Source of the DNA: Pedococcus sp.
GTDB lineage: Bacteria; Actinomycetota; Actinomycetes; Actinomycetales; Dermatophilaceae
Length of the DNA stretch: 59,324 bases
Direction of reading: 5' to 3'
NCBI GenBank assembly: GCA_036278335.1
Contig: DASULG010000350.1
Coordinates: 1 to 59,324 of the forward strand
The position numbers were made by a program, and so were the translations under genes. How positions within the stretch are numbered: the stretch's first letter is position 1; each line of letters starts with the position of its first letter. Shown here piece after piece: positions 1-9,598 of the stretch. The notes below the pieces were generated by a model. That model searched no databases, had not been told where the DNA came from, and saw nothing but the letters and a program-made list of their open reading frames with translations.

Positions 1-436
1 GCCGATGCTCGGCGTGTGCCTGGGCCACCAGGCCCTCGGGGTGGTCTTCGGTGCGACGGTGTGCCGGGCCCCGGAGCTGCTCCACGGCAAGACGTCCAGG
101 GTCATCCATGACGGCACAGGGGTCCTGCTGGGCCTCCCGTCACCGTTCACCGCCACGCGCTACCACTCGCTGACGATCGACCCGCCGACCCTGCTTGGCG
201 AGCTCCTGGCCACCGGCCACACCGAGTCGGGGGTCATCATGGCCGTACGCCACGAGTCCCTACCGCTCCACGGGGTCCAGTTCCACCCGGAGAGCGTGCT
301 GACCGAGGGTGGGCACCGGATCCTCGCGAACTGGCTCGTCCTCTGCGGGATGCGGGATGCCGTGCAGCGGTCGGCCGGCCTCAGCCCGCTGGTCCGCGAC
401 GCCGAGGGCGTCGCGCGGATGGTGTCAGCCGGCTAG
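1..436 (+). CDS. trpG: Glutamine amidotransferase, anthranilate/aminodeoxychorismate synthase component II (5' truncated by window edge)
   Basis: GVCLGHQ nucleophile elbow, HGKTS, TRYHSL and GVQFHPES motifs; usual position convergent on pknB in actinobacteria. Confidence 0.9.
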   Translation, partial: PMLGVCLGHQALGVVFGATVCRAPELLHGKTSRVIHDGTGVLLGLPSPFTATRYHSLTIDPPTLLGELLATGHTESGVIMAVRHESLPLHGVQFHPESVLTEGGHRILANWLVLCGMRDAVQRSAGLSPLVRDAEGVARMVSAG

Positions 437-474
437 CCCCTTTCGGCTCGCGCCATCCCTGCTCGCTCCAGGCC

Positions 475-2367
475 TCAGGGCGTGGACGTCGGGGTGGCTG
501 GCGTCGTCGGCAGGGTCAGGGTGGTGGTGGTGGGCCCCGCAGGCGTGGTGGTGGTGGTCGTCGGTGGAGGAGTGGTCGTCGTCGGGGTGGGCGGTGCGGG
601 CCGGGCCACCGTCAGCATCACCTGGGTGCCGTAGTCAGCGAGGGTGCCCTTGGCGATGCTCTGTCGCAGGACGGTGTCCTCGGGCTTGTCGCTGATGACG
701 TACGTGGTCTTGTTGCGGAAACCGAGGTCGCTGAGGGTGCTGGCGGCCTCGTCGCGGGTCAGACCCACGACGTCGGGCACCACGACCTTGCCGCTGGACA
801 CCTTGAGCGTGACCGCCGAGCCGACGTCGACGCTCTGGCCGGCGGCGGGGCTGGACTCCACGACCTTGTCCTTGTCCACCCGCGTGTTGTTGACCTTCTG
901 TTTGCCGCCCACGATCAGCCCGAGGTTCTTCAGCGCTGCCGTGGCCTCCTCGACAGTGAACCCCGCCAGGTCCGGGACCTCCACGGTGTTCGGGCCGGCT
1001 GACACGCTGAGGGTGACCTTCGACCCCATGTTCACCCGGTCCTTGGCCGTGGGGTTCTGGTCGACGACAAGTCCCTGTTCCTTGGTGGAGGGGACGTCCT
1101 GCGCCTCGGGGATGAGCCCGACAGCCTTGATCCTCGCCTCTGCCGTGGAGACTGGCAGGTCGACCACCGACGGGACGGTGACCATCTCGGCAGTGGCCGG
1201 GGGCCGGTTGAAGAGCGACTTCCCGGCGAGGGCCATGACGGCCACCGCTCCCAGCACGGCGAGCACGAGCAGGACGTAGGCCAGTCCGCGCCGCTTGCGC
1301 GGCTCCTCGTCCGGGTCGTGCCCGATGGCGGGGAGGGTCGCGGTGTTGCCGTGGTTTCCCTCGACGGGTGACCCCGGGGGCCCCACCGTCCCCGAGCCGA
1401 GCACGGTCGTGCGCTCGCCAGAGGCCAGCGTGTGCATGGCGACGGTGGCCGCGGCGCCGGCACCCACGCCAGCCCCGGCGGCCGTCCCGCGCGCCGCTGC
1501 GCTGATCGGCCGTCCCAGCCGGGCGGCCTGCAGGTCGGCGCGGAAGGAGGTGGCGTCCTGGTAGCGGGCCTCGCGGTCCTTGACCAGGGCGTGCAGCACG
1601 ACGGCGTCGAGCGAGCCGTCGACATCGGGGTTGAAGGTGCTGGGTCGCGGCGGGGCCTCCCCGACGTGCTGGTAGGCGATGGCCACCGGAGAGTCGCCCT
1701 TGAACGGCGGCCGGCCCGTGAGCAGCTCGAAGAGCATGCACCCGGTCGAGTAGAGGTCGGAGCGCGCGTCAACCGGGTGGCCCTGGGCCTGCTCCGGCGA
1801 GAGGTACTGGGCCGTGCCGATGACGGCCTGCGTCTGGGTCATCGTGGCGCTGGTGTCGGCGACGGCGCGGGCGATCCCGAAGTCCATCACCTTGATCTCG
1901 CCGCGCGGACCGATCATGACGTTCGCCGGCTTGATGTCGCGGTGGACGATCCCCATGCGGTGGCTGTACGCCAGGGCTTCGAGGACGCCCTCGGTGATGT
2001 GGGCCGCCTCCGCAGGCTCGAGCATCGACCGGTCATTGAGCAGCTCGCGCAGGGTCTGCCCCTCGACGTACTCCATGACGATGTACGGGATCGACGAGCG
2101 GGAGCCGCCCGACTCCACCATGTGGTCCTCGCCAGAGTCGTAGACGGCCACGATGGAGGCATGGTTGAGCCCGGCTGCCGACTGGGCCTCACGCCGGAAC
2201 CGGGTCAGGAAAGCGGGGTCACGCGCGAGGTCCGTGCGCAGCATCTTGATCGCGACGGGGCGCGACAGCCGGTTGTCGTGGCCGAGGTGCACCTCGGCCA
2301 TCCCACCCCGGCCCAGCAGTTCGCCGACCTCGTAGCGGCCGCCGAGGATCTGCGGTGGTGCGCTCAC
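475..2367 (-). CDS. pknB: PASTA-domain Ser/Thr protein kinase PknB
   Basis: GRGGMAEV, VAIK, HRDIKPAN, DFGIAR, GTAQYLSPE; TM helix; three PASTA-like repeats (VPSVV/VPDLA/VPDVV). Confidence 0.95.
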   Translation of the reverse strand: MSAPPQILGGRYEVGELLGRGGMAEVHLGHDNRLSRPVAIKMLRTDLARDPAFLTRFRREAQSAAGLNHASIVAVYDSGEDHMVESGGSRSSIPYIVMEYVEGQTLRELLNDRSMLEPAEAAHITEGVLEALAYSHRMGIVHRDIKPANVMIGPRGEIKVMDFGIARAVADTSATMTQTQAVIGTAQYLSPEQAQGHPVDARSDLYSTGCMLFELLTGRPPFKGDSPVAIAYQHVGEAPPRPSTFNPDVDGSLDAVVLHALVKDREARYQDATSFRADLQAARLGRPISAAARGTAAGAGVGAGAAATVAMHTLASGERTTVLGSGTVGPPGSPVEGNHGNTATLPAIGHDPDEEPRKRRGLAYVLLVLAVLGAVAVMALAGKSLFNRPPATAEMVTVPSVVDLPVSTAEARIKAVGLIPEAQDVPSTKEQGLVVDQNPTAKDRVNMGSKVTLSVSAGPNTVEVPDLAGFTVEEATAALKNLGLIVGGKQKVNNTRVDKDKVVESSPAAGQSVDVGSAVTLKVSSGKVVVPDVVGLTRDEAASTLSDLGFRNKTTYVISDKPEDTVLRQSIAKGTLADYGTQVMLTVARPAPPTPTTTTPPPTTTTTTPAGPTTTTLTLPTTPATPTSTP

Positions 2368-3653
2368 CTCTTCTTGCCTCCGCCGTGGGCCTTGCCCTTG
2401 GCGTGAGCCGCCTTCGGCGCCGGCGCCGGGGCGGGGGCGGGGGCGGCCGGGGCCTTGGCCGTGGCAGCGTTCACGGGCCGAGCAGTGGTGGCGGACGGCC
2501 GGGGGGCGCCCGTGGTCGCAGCCGTCGCGGGGGCGGTGGGCGTGCGGGTGGCCTGAGGGGCAGGGGTGGTGTCCGCCTTCGCCTGGCCGACCGACGCGAA
2601 GGCGATGACCAGCACGAGCACCAGCGCCGCCAGGCCAGCCGCACCGCCGAGCAGCATCCGCCGGCGGCGTCGGGCGGTGTCGAAGGTGGTGACCGTGGTC
2701 GCGGGGATGGCGGGGGTGACCGGCGACATCGGGATGAGCGCGGTCGCGCCCTGCGGGTCGGGGGTGAGCAGTCCGCCGATACCGGCGACGACGGGGGTGA
2801 CAGCCGACGCGGCGGCGGCGGTCAGGTGCGCGGGAGCCTCGCCCTCCGGCAGGCGCAGGGCCTCGGCGAAGGCCGCCGCGCTCTCGGGGCGCTGGTTGGG
2901 GTCCTTGGCCAGGCCCGCCATGACCGTGGTGCTCAGCGGCTCCGGCACGGACTCAGGAAGGGGCGGCGCCGGCTGGCTCACGTGGGCCAGGGCGGTCGTG
3001 ATCATGGAGTCGCCGGCAAAGGGACGAGTGCCGGTGAGCATCTCGTAGCCGACGACTGCGAGGGCGTACACGTCGCTGGCCGGTCCCGCGGGTTTGCCCT
3101 GGGCCTGCTCCGGGGCCAGGTAGTGCGGCGTCCCGAGGACCTCACCGGTCTGGGTCAGCGAAGCCCCGGCCAGCGCACGGGAGATGCCGAAGTCGGTGAG
3201 CCTGGCGTAGCCGTCGTCGTCGACGAGGATGTTGGCCGGCTTGACGTCGCGGTGCACGACGCCTGCGTTGTGGGCGGCCTGGAGGGCGATGGCCGCCTGG
3301 TAGAGGATCTCGGTGACCTCCTCGGCCGGCAGCGGCGCCCGCTCGCGGATGACCGTCGACAGGGGCTTGCCCTCGATGAGCTCCATCACGAGGTATGCCG
3401 AGTGCGCACCCTCGCCGAAGTCGTGCACGGTGGCGATGTTGGGGTGCTGGAGGGCCGCGCTGTGCCGGGCCTCGGCGCGGAACCTCTCGACGAAGCCCGC
3501 GTCGTCCGCCGTGTCGGGGCGCAGCACCTTGACGGCCACAGCGCGGCCCAGGGTCTGGTCGGTGGCCCGCCAGACCTGGCCCATTCCGCCCGTGGCGATG
3601 ACCTCCTCGAGGAGGTAGCGGTCGGCGACCAGAAGTCCAGGTTCGTAGTTCAT
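2364..3653 (-). CDS. pknA: Ser/Thr protein kinase PknA
   Basis: ATGGMGQV, HRDVKPAN, DFGIS, GTPHYLAPE; TM then Ala/Pro/Thr tail; start placed at MNYEPG by ATGA overlap with pbpA stop. Confidence 0.9.
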   Translation of the reverse strand: MNYEPGLLVADRYLLEEVIATGGMGQVWRATDQTLGRAVAVKVLRPDTADDAGFVERFRAEARHSAALQHPNIATVHDFGEGAHSAYLVMELIEGKPLSTVIRERAPLPAEEVTEILYQAAIALQAAHNAGVVHRDVKPANILVDDDGYARLTDFGISRALAGASLTQTGEVLGTPHYLAPEQAQGKPAGPASDVYALAVVGYEMLTGTRPFAGDSMITTALAHVSQPAPPLPESVPEPLSTTVMAGLAKDPNQRPESAAAFAEALRLPEGEAPAHLTAAAASAVTPVVAGIGGLLTPDPQGATALIPMSPVTPAIPATTVTTFDTARRRRRMLLGGAAGLAALVLVLVIAFASVGQAKADTTPAPQATRTPTAPATAATTGAPRPSATTARPVNAATAKAPAAPAPAPAPAPKAAHAKGKAHGGGKKR

Positions 3654-5107
3654 CGCCCGATCACCGCCTCCATGACCGACTTCGCGATCGGCGCGGCGAC
3701 CAGGCCCCCGGCGGCCTCGTTGCCCGCGTTGCCGCCGTCCTCGACCACCACGGCCACGGCGACCTTGGGGTCGTCGGCGGGGGCGAAGCCGGTGAACCAT
3801 GCGTGCGGTGCCTTGCCCACGGCGTGCTGGGCGGTGCCGGTCTTACCGGCAACGCTCACACCGCTGATCTGGGCGGCTTGACCCGATCCGCTCTTCACTA
3901 CGGCCTCCATCATGCGCGTGAGCGCGTTGGCCTGCTCGGCGTCGATGGCCTGCGACATCTGCGACGGGCTGGCCTCCTCGATCGTGTCGAGGTCTGAGCT
4001 GAGCACGCTCTTGACCAGGTAGGGCTTCATGACAATCCCGTTGTTTGCGACCGCGGACGAGATCATCGCGACCTGGAGTGGGGTGACCCTGACGTCGTAC
4101 TGCCCGATCGCCGACTGGGCGAGCTGTGGGCGGTTGAGCTCGGCGGGCACGCTGCTGGGCGTGACCCGCATGGGAACTTGCAGGGAGTCACCGATGCCGA
4201 ACTTCGCAGCCTGGGCGCGGAAGCTCTCCGCGCCCAGGTTCATGCCCAGCCAGGCGAAGGCGGTGTTGCAGGAGATCTCCAGGGCGTGCTTCAGCGTCGT
4301 CTTGTCGTCGGGGCCGCAGGCCTGCTTGTTGCTGTTGGGCAGGTCGGCAGTGGTGTCGGGCAGGTCGAGGACGGCCGGCCCCGGGATCACGCTCTCCTCG
4401 GTGAACCGGCCAGAGCTCAGTGCCGCCGCCGCGGTCACGATCTTGAACGTCGAGCCCGGGGGGTAGAGGTTTCCCGCAATGGCCCGGTTGATGAGGGGAC
4501 GGGCGGGGTCGGCGTTGAGCTTGTTCCACGCGGCCACGACCTTCTTGGTGTCGTGGCTGGTGAGTGAGCTGGGGTCGTAGTCTGGGTTGCTGACCATGGC
4601 CAGGATCGCCCCGGTCTTGGGGTCGATGGCCACGACCGCCCCGCGCTGGTTGCCGAGGGCCTTGTCGGCTGCCTCCTGCGCCTTGGGGTTGATCGTGAGC
4701 TCGAGGCTTGCGCCTGCGGGCGTGTGGCCCGTCAGCATGTCCGAGACGCGGCGGTAGAAGAGCTTGTCGGACTGACCCGAGAGCAGGCCGTTCTCGGTGA
4801 GCTCGAGCCCACCGCCGGGGCCGTAGACGAACGAGTAGTAGCCGGTGACGTGGGGGTACCGGTGGGCCTCGGGGTACGTGCGGAGCCACTTCAGCTCGTC
4901 GTTGGACGGCACCGACTTCGCCACGGGGGCGCCATCGACCAGGATCTGGCCGCGCTCGCGGGCATAGGTCGCCAGCAGGGTCCGCCGGTTGTCAGGGCGC
5001 TCCTGCAGCTCCTTGGCCTGGACGACCTGGATCCACGTCGAGGCCACCAGCAGGGTGGCGAAGAGCAGCGCGACCACGGCGGAGAGGCGGCGGATGGGGG
5101 CGTTCAC
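3650..5107 (-). CDS. pbpA: Class B penicillin-binding protein PbpA
   Basis: STFK (SxxK), SCN (SxN), KTG motifs; GTG start VNAPIRR overlaps rodA stop. Confidence 0.93.
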   Translation of the reverse strand: MNAPIRRLSAVVALLFATLLVASTWIQVVQAKELQERPDNRRTLLATYARERGQILVDGAPVAKSVPSNDELKWLRTYPEAHRYPHVTGYYSFVYGPGGGLELTENGLLSGQSDKLFYRRVSDMLTGHTPAGASLELTINPKAQEAADKALGNQRGAVVAIDPKTGAILAMVSNPDYDPSSLTSHDTKKVVAAWNKLNADPARPLINRAIAGNLYPPGSTFKIVTAAAALSSGRFTEESVIPGPAVLDLPDTTADLPNSNKQACGPDDKTTLKHALEISCNTAFAWLGMNLGAESFRAQAAKFGIGDSLQVPMRVTPSSVPAELNRPQLAQSAIGQYDVRVTPLQVAMISSAVANNGIVMKPYLVKSVLSSDLDTIEEASPSQMSQAIDAEQANALTRMMEAVVKSGSGQAAQISGVSVAGKTGTAQHAVGKAPHAWFTGFAPADDPKVAVAVVVEDGGNAGNEAAGGLVAAPIAKSVMEAVIGR

Positions 5108-6486
5108 CGGACCCTCACCACCTCGGTGGCCTCGGCGGGCGCCGGGGCCGCCTCGTCCACCTCGGGCAGCGGACGGCGGGCGTGGTCGCTGATGCGCAGG
5201 AGGAGGGCGACGAGCGACCAGTTGGCCAGCAGCGACGACCCGCCGTAGGAGAGGAAGGGCATGGTCAGCCCGGTCAGGGGGATGACTCGGGTGACGCCCC
5301 CGACGACGACGAAGCACTGGAGCGCGACCGAGAAGGACAGGCCGGCGGCCAGCAGCTTGCCGAAGCCGTCGCGCACGCCGAGGGCGGTGCGCATTCCGCG
5401 CTCGACGAGCAGGAGGTAGAGCATGAAGAGCGCGAACAGGCCGTAGAGGCCGATCTCCTCGCCGAAGCTGGGGATGATGAAGTCCGACTCGGCGAAGTAG
5501 GTCAGGTCGGGCCGGCCGCGGCCGAGCCCGGTGCCCATGAGCCCACCGTTGGCCATGCCCATGAGGCCGCGGGCGAGCTGGTCGGAGACGGCCAGGGCCT
5601 GCGGGGAGAACGTGTCGAGCCAGAGCAGGACGCGCTGCTGCACGTGCCCGAAGAGCAGGTAGGCCAGGTAGGCGCCGCCCGAGAAGAGGACCAGGCCGAT
5701 GGCGATCCAGGACCGGCGCTCGGTGGCGACGTAGAGCATCGCCACGAACAGGCCGAAGAAGAGCAGCGAGGAGCCGAGGTCCTTCTCGAAGACGAGGACA
5801 CCCAGACTGGCCGCCCAGGCGACGAGGATGGGGCCGAGGTCGCGGGCTCGGGGCAGGGTGAAGCCGAGGACCTTGCGGCCGGCGAGGGAGAGGACGTCGC
5901 GGGTCTGCACCAGGTAGCCGGCGAAGAAGACGGCCAGCACGATCTTGGCGATCTCTCCCGGCTGGAACGAGAACGGCCCCAGGCCGATCCAGATGCGGGA
6001 GCCGTAGACCTGGCGGCCGAGGCCCGGGACGAGCGGAAGGATCAGCAGGCCGAAGCCGACCGCGGCAGCCGTGAAGGTGTAGCGCCGCAGTGCGCGGTGG
6101 TCGCGCAGGAAGAACAGCACGGCTCCGGCGATCGCGACGGCCAGTGCGCTCCAGGTGAGCTGCTTGAGGGCCAGGCCCTCGCTCACGCTGTTGCCCTTGG
6201 CGATGTCGAGCCGGTGGATCATCACCAGGCCCAGGCCGTTGAGGAGGGTGACGATGGGCAGCAGCAGGGGGTCCGCATAGGACGCGCGCCAGCGCAGCAG
6301 CAGGTGGAAGGCGAGGGAGATCACGAGCAGCCCGGTGCCGTGTGCAAGGAGCCCGGGCGGGAAGCTGCCCTGGGTGGCGAGGCCCACGTTCAGATAGGCC
6401 AGCACGACGATGCCGACGGCGAGGAGCAGCAGCGTCAGCTCGACGTTGCGGCCCTTGCGGGGTGGGAGCGAGGAGACCGTCGTCAT
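5104..6486 (-). CDS. rodA: FtsW/RodA/SpoVE SEDS protein
   Basis: Polytopic membrane protein; FQPGE, DLG, IPLTGLTMPFLSYGGSS motifs; synteny. Confidence 0.95.
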   Translation of the reverse strand: MTTVSSLPPRKGRNVELTLLLLAVGIVVLAYLNVGLATQGSFPPGLLAHGTGLLVISLAFHLLLRWRASYADPLLLPIVTLLNGLGLVMIHRLDIAKGNSVSEGLALKQLTWSALAVAIAGAVLFFLRDHRALRRYTFTAAAVGFGLLILPLVPGLGRQVYGSRIWIGLGPFSFQPGEIAKIVLAVFFAGYLVQTRDVLSLAGRKVLGFTLPRARDLGPILVAWAASLGVLVFEKDLGSSLLFFGLFVAMLYVATERRSWIAIGLVLFSGGAYLAYLLFGHVQQRVLLWLDTFSPQALAVSDQLARGLMGMANGGLMGTGLGRGRPDLTYFAESDFIIPSFGEEIGLYGLFALFMLYLLLVERGMRTALGVRDGFGKLLAAGLSFSVALQCFVVVGGVTRVIPLTGLTMPFLSYGGSSLLANWSLVALLLRISDHARRPLPEVDEAAPAPAEATEVVRVR

Positions 6487-7850
6487 GGCGTGGCCGTCGG
6501 CTTGGCGGAGGACGCCGGCGCTGGGCGGCTGGACGGGCTGGACGTCACGGACGTGCTCGGCGTGCTCGTCACCGTGGCCGCCGGCTCGCCGGCAGCGGTG
6601 CCGCAGCTACCCCCAGCGGCCTTGCGCGAGGCGCACCGCATGGCCTCGGCGCGCAGGCTGTCGACGAGGGTCTGGGCGTCGGCGAGGGTGTTGGTGGACA
6701 CGGTGTTCTCGACCCGGTTGCGGTAGAAGTCGGGCAGGTCCACCGTCGAGACCGAGGAGACCTCCTCGACGCGTGACAGCGGGAGCGGCCCGAGGTCCTG
6801 GGAGACGCCACGGAAGATCGCGACGTGGCCCTCGTCGACCCCGACGTAGAACTGGCGCTGGGTCCAGTCGTACGCGGCATACGCGCCACCGACGAGGACC
6901 ACGAGGGCCAGGAGGGTGACCAGGGCGCGGCGCAGCCACCGCGTCGTGCCCGAGCGGGGTGCCTCCTCGGCGAGGGTGACCTCCTCGTCGTCGGTGGCGC
7001 CGGCCACCTGGCGCGACAGCGCGGCCGCCTTGGCAGCCGGGGTCGCCGGGGCGGCTCGGGTGCCCTTGCGCCGGTGCGCTGCTGCGCCGACCACCTGGGG
7101 CACCGTGGACGGGGTGGTGCCGGAGTCGAGGTCGACCACGTCGGCCACGACCACCGTCACGTTGTCGGGCGCGCCGGCGCGCATGGCCAGCTCGACGAGC
7201 CGGTCGGCGGTGGGCCCGGCGCGCTTGCCCGCCGAGAGGACCTCCTCGATGGTGTCCCGCGCGACGAAGCCGGACAGGCCGTCGGAGCAGAGGAGGAACC
7301 GGTCCCCGGGCCGGGCCTCGCGCACCATGAGGTCGGGTTCGTCGCCATCGCTGCCGGTCAGCACGCGGGTGACCAGGGAGCGCTGCGGGTGGCTGTCGGC
7401 CTCGGCCTCGGTGATGCGGCCCTCGTCGACCAGGGACTGCACGAACGAGTGGTCGTGGGTGATCTGCGAGAGGGTGTCGCCGCGCAGGAGGTAGGCACGC
7501 GAGTCGCCGATGTGGGCCAGGGCGACCTTGTTGCCGGCGCGCAGGAGGGCGGTGACCGTGGTGCCCATGCCCTGGAGCTCGGGGGTGTGCTCGACCCGGG
7601 ACTGGATCTCGGCGTTGGCGGCCGCGAGGGTGCGGCTGAGGTGGTCGGTCGCGTCGTCCCCGCCGTGGCTCTCGCCGTCGAGGGAGACCATCGTGCCGAT
7701 GGCGATGGAGCTCGCGATGTCGCCGCCCGCGTGCCCGCCCATCCCGTCGGCGACGACGAGGAGGTGCGGCCCGGCATACCCGGAGTCCTGGTTCTCCGAG
7801 CGCACCAGGCCCACATCGGAGCGGGCAGCGTAATCGAGCGCGATCTTCAT
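6483..7850 (-). CDS. pstP: PP2C-family Ser/Thr phosphatase PstP
   Basis: RSENQD, VADGMGGH, HIGDSR, LCSDG, DNVT; TM helix and extracellular tail. Confidence 0.93.
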   Translation of the reverse strand: MKIALDYAARSDVGLVRSENQDSGYAGPHLLVVADGMGGHAGGDIASSIAIGTMVSLDGESHGGDDATDHLSRTLAAANAEIQSRVEHTPELQGMGTTVTALLRAGNKVALAHIGDSRAYLLRGDTLSQITHDHSFVQSLVDEGRITEAEADSHPQRSLVTRVLTGSDGDEPDLMVREARPGDRFLLCSDGLSGFVARDTIEEVLSAGKRAGPTADRLVELAMRAGAPDNVTVVVADVVDLDSGTTPSTVPQVVGAAAHRRKGTRAAPATPAAKAAALSRQVAGATDDEEVTLAEEAPRSGTTRWLRRALVTLLALVVLVGGAYAAYDWTQRQFYVGVDEGHVAIFRGVSQDLGPLPLSRVEEVSSVSTVDLPDFYRNRVENTVSTNTLADAQTLVDSLRAEAMRCASRKAAGGSCGTAAGEPAATVTSTPSTSVTSSPSSRPAPASSAKPTATP

Positions 7851-7862
7851 GGCGCGTGCCCG

Positions 7863-8369
7863 TCAGTTCCGCAGCTCGACGGCAGTCTTGCCGATGCGCA
7901 GCACGCTGCCAGTCTCGACCGGCATGGCCGAGGTGAGTTTCTGTGAGCCGAGGAACGTGCCGTTGGTCGACCCGAGGTCCTCGACGAACCAGCTGCCGTC
8001 GCGCTCGAATATGCGGGCGTGCCGACCCGAGGCGAAGTCGTCATCGAGCACGAGGGCGCACTCGGGGTTGCGGCCGATCAGCGTGCCCGACTCGCGCAGC
8101 CGCAGGCTCGTGCCGGTCAGCGGGCCTTCGGTCACGGTGAGCGAGCTCGGCACGCGGCTGCCGCGTCGGGGTTTCGGCTTGGGGGTCGCCGGCGCCTTGG
8201 CCCTCGGAGGTGCGGCGGGCGCGCGCTCCGGGGCGTGCCGCCGCGGGAGGCGGTTGACGACGCGGGTGCCGTACAGGTCGCCGCGCAGCACGCCGACAAC
8301 GCTGAAGACGAAGACCCAGAGGAGGATGAGCAGACCGAGACGGATGATCGTGAGCGTGAGTTCACTCAT
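7863..8369 (-). CDS. fhaB: FHA domain protein FhaB/FipA
   Basis: N-terminal TM; IGR, SGRHA, DLGSTNGT FHA motifs; synteny. Confidence 0.9.
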   Translation of the reverse strand: MSELTLTIIRLGLLILLWVFVFSVVGVLRGDLYGTRVVNRLPRRHAPERAPAAPPRAKAPATPKPKPRRGSRVPSSLTVTEGPLTGTSLRLRESGTLIGRNPECALVLDDDFASGRHARIFERDGSWFVEDLGSTNGTFLGSQKLTSAMPVETGSVLRIGKTAVELRN

Positions 8370-8378
8370 GCCGGGCCA

Positions 8379-9191
8379 TCACCGCCGCCCGGCCCGGTAG
8401 GTGACCGTGGTGCGGCCCACGGTGATCTCGTCGCCGTCTGAGAGGCGCTGGCTGCTGATCCGCTCGCTGTTGACGAACGTGCCGTTGGTGGAGTTGAGGT
8501 CGCGGATGCTTGCCACGAGGTGGGGGCCGTCGGTGGTCACGCGGATCTCGCTGTGGCGGCGGGAGATGCCCGGGTCGTCGAGAACGATGTCGGCGGTGTC
8601 GTCGCGGCCGAGGACGGTCATGGCCCCCATCAGCGGGTAGCGCTCGCCGTCGACGTCGAGCCAGGGGCGGTCGGCGGGGTTCACCCTGCGCGGCGGCGCG
8701 GGTGGGGCGACCGGGGCCTGCGCCTGCGTGGCCTCGAGCCCGTCCTCGTCAAGCAGGGTATGCCGGGGGGCCGGCTGTGCCGGGGCCGGCGCCGGTGCGG
8801 GGGTGGACGTGCCGCCGGGGCGGCGCGCCGTGGAGGTGCGCAGCCGGAAGACGCCGGTCTCGAGGTCGTCGGCCGTGGCGAAGTTGACCTGGAGCGGGCC
8901 GCCGGGCTGGTAGCGCTGCGACTCGGCGTGCTCCTGGGCTGCGGCCACGAGCTCCTTCTCGAGCTCCTCGTCGTAGGCCGAGAGGCGGTCGTAGTCGCTC
9001 TCGCTGAGCTCGACGGTGAACAGGTTGGGCACGATGGTGCGGCCGTGGCCGAGCACGGCGGCACGGTCGTCCATGGCGCGGCGGATGGCGCTGGCGATCT
9101 CCACTGGCTGCACCTCGGACTTGAAGGCGCGCGCGAAGGCACCGTTGACGGCACGCTCGAGGCGTTGCTCGACCCGGTCGAACAGACCCAC
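8379..9191 (-). CDS. fhaA: DUF3662 + FHA domain protein FhaA
   Basis: VGLFDRVEQRLE...VQPVEIA N-domain; C-terminal FHA (LGR, SRRH, STNGT); AAGGAGG RBS before GTG at 9191. Confidence 0.9.
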   Translation of the reverse strand: MGLFDRVEQRLERAVNGAFARAFKSEVQPVEIASAIRRAMDDRAAVLGHGRTIVPNLFTVELSESDYDRLSAYDEELEKELVAAAQEHAESQRYQPGGPLQVNFATADDLETGVFRLRTSTARRPGGTSTPAPAPAPAQPAPRHTLLDEDGLEATQAQAPVAPPAPPRRVNPADRPWLDVDGERYPLMGAMTVLGRDDTADIVLDDPGISRRHSEIRVTTDGPHLVASIRDLNSTNGTFVNSERISSQRLSDGDEITVGRTTVTYRAGRR

Positions 9192-9224
9192 TGCCCGGCC
9201 TCCTTGTTGTCTGTGGACTGACCG

Positions 9225-9230
9225 ATGGTA
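9225..9230 (-). promoter_or_regulatory. Putative -10 element (TACCAT) of fhaA operon
   Basis: TANNNT hexamer about 35 nt upstream of the fhaA start. Confidence 0.4.
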
Positions 9231-9346
9231 ACGGCCCTGACTGGGTACTGCGGTGTTGCGTGCCGGCAGCGCCCGCGGAGGGTGCGGTGTCGGGTTCCTG
9301 CCGGTTTGGTGTTCGGAGGGAGCTTGCCCCACAATGGGGCGTCCAC

Positions 9347-9429
9347 GCGCAAGTGGCGGAACGGCAGACGCGCTGTCTTCAGGTGGCAGTGTCCTTATGG
9401 GCGTGGGGGTTCAAATCCCCCCTTGCGCA
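9347..9429 (+). tRNA. tRNA-Leu (anticodon CAG)
   Basis: Acceptor stem GCGCAAG/CTTGCGC, D-arm TGGCGGAACGGCAGACGCG, anticodon arm CTGTC-TTCAGGT-GGCAG, long variable arm, T-loop GGTTCAAATCC; CCA not encoded. Confidence 0.96.
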
Positions 9430-9439
9430 CGCGAAACGA

Positions 9440-9469
9440 AAGGCCCCTGACCAAACGGTCAGGGGCCTT
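9440..9469 (+). terminator. Hairpin terminator after tRNA-Leu
   Basis: Perfect 13-bp stem AAGGCCCCTGACC / GGTCAGGGGCCTT with AAAC loop. Confidence 0.8.
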
Positions 9470-9598
9470 CGTCATGTCTGGGTGAGGGGCCCGTCGCCTT
9501 TGCGTCTCCAATGACAGGTGGCATGTGGGAGGTGCGGCGAGGGCCGTCCGGGTGTCTGGCGACGCGCAGGCTCGAGACCGGCGCCCGCCGTCTCGGGT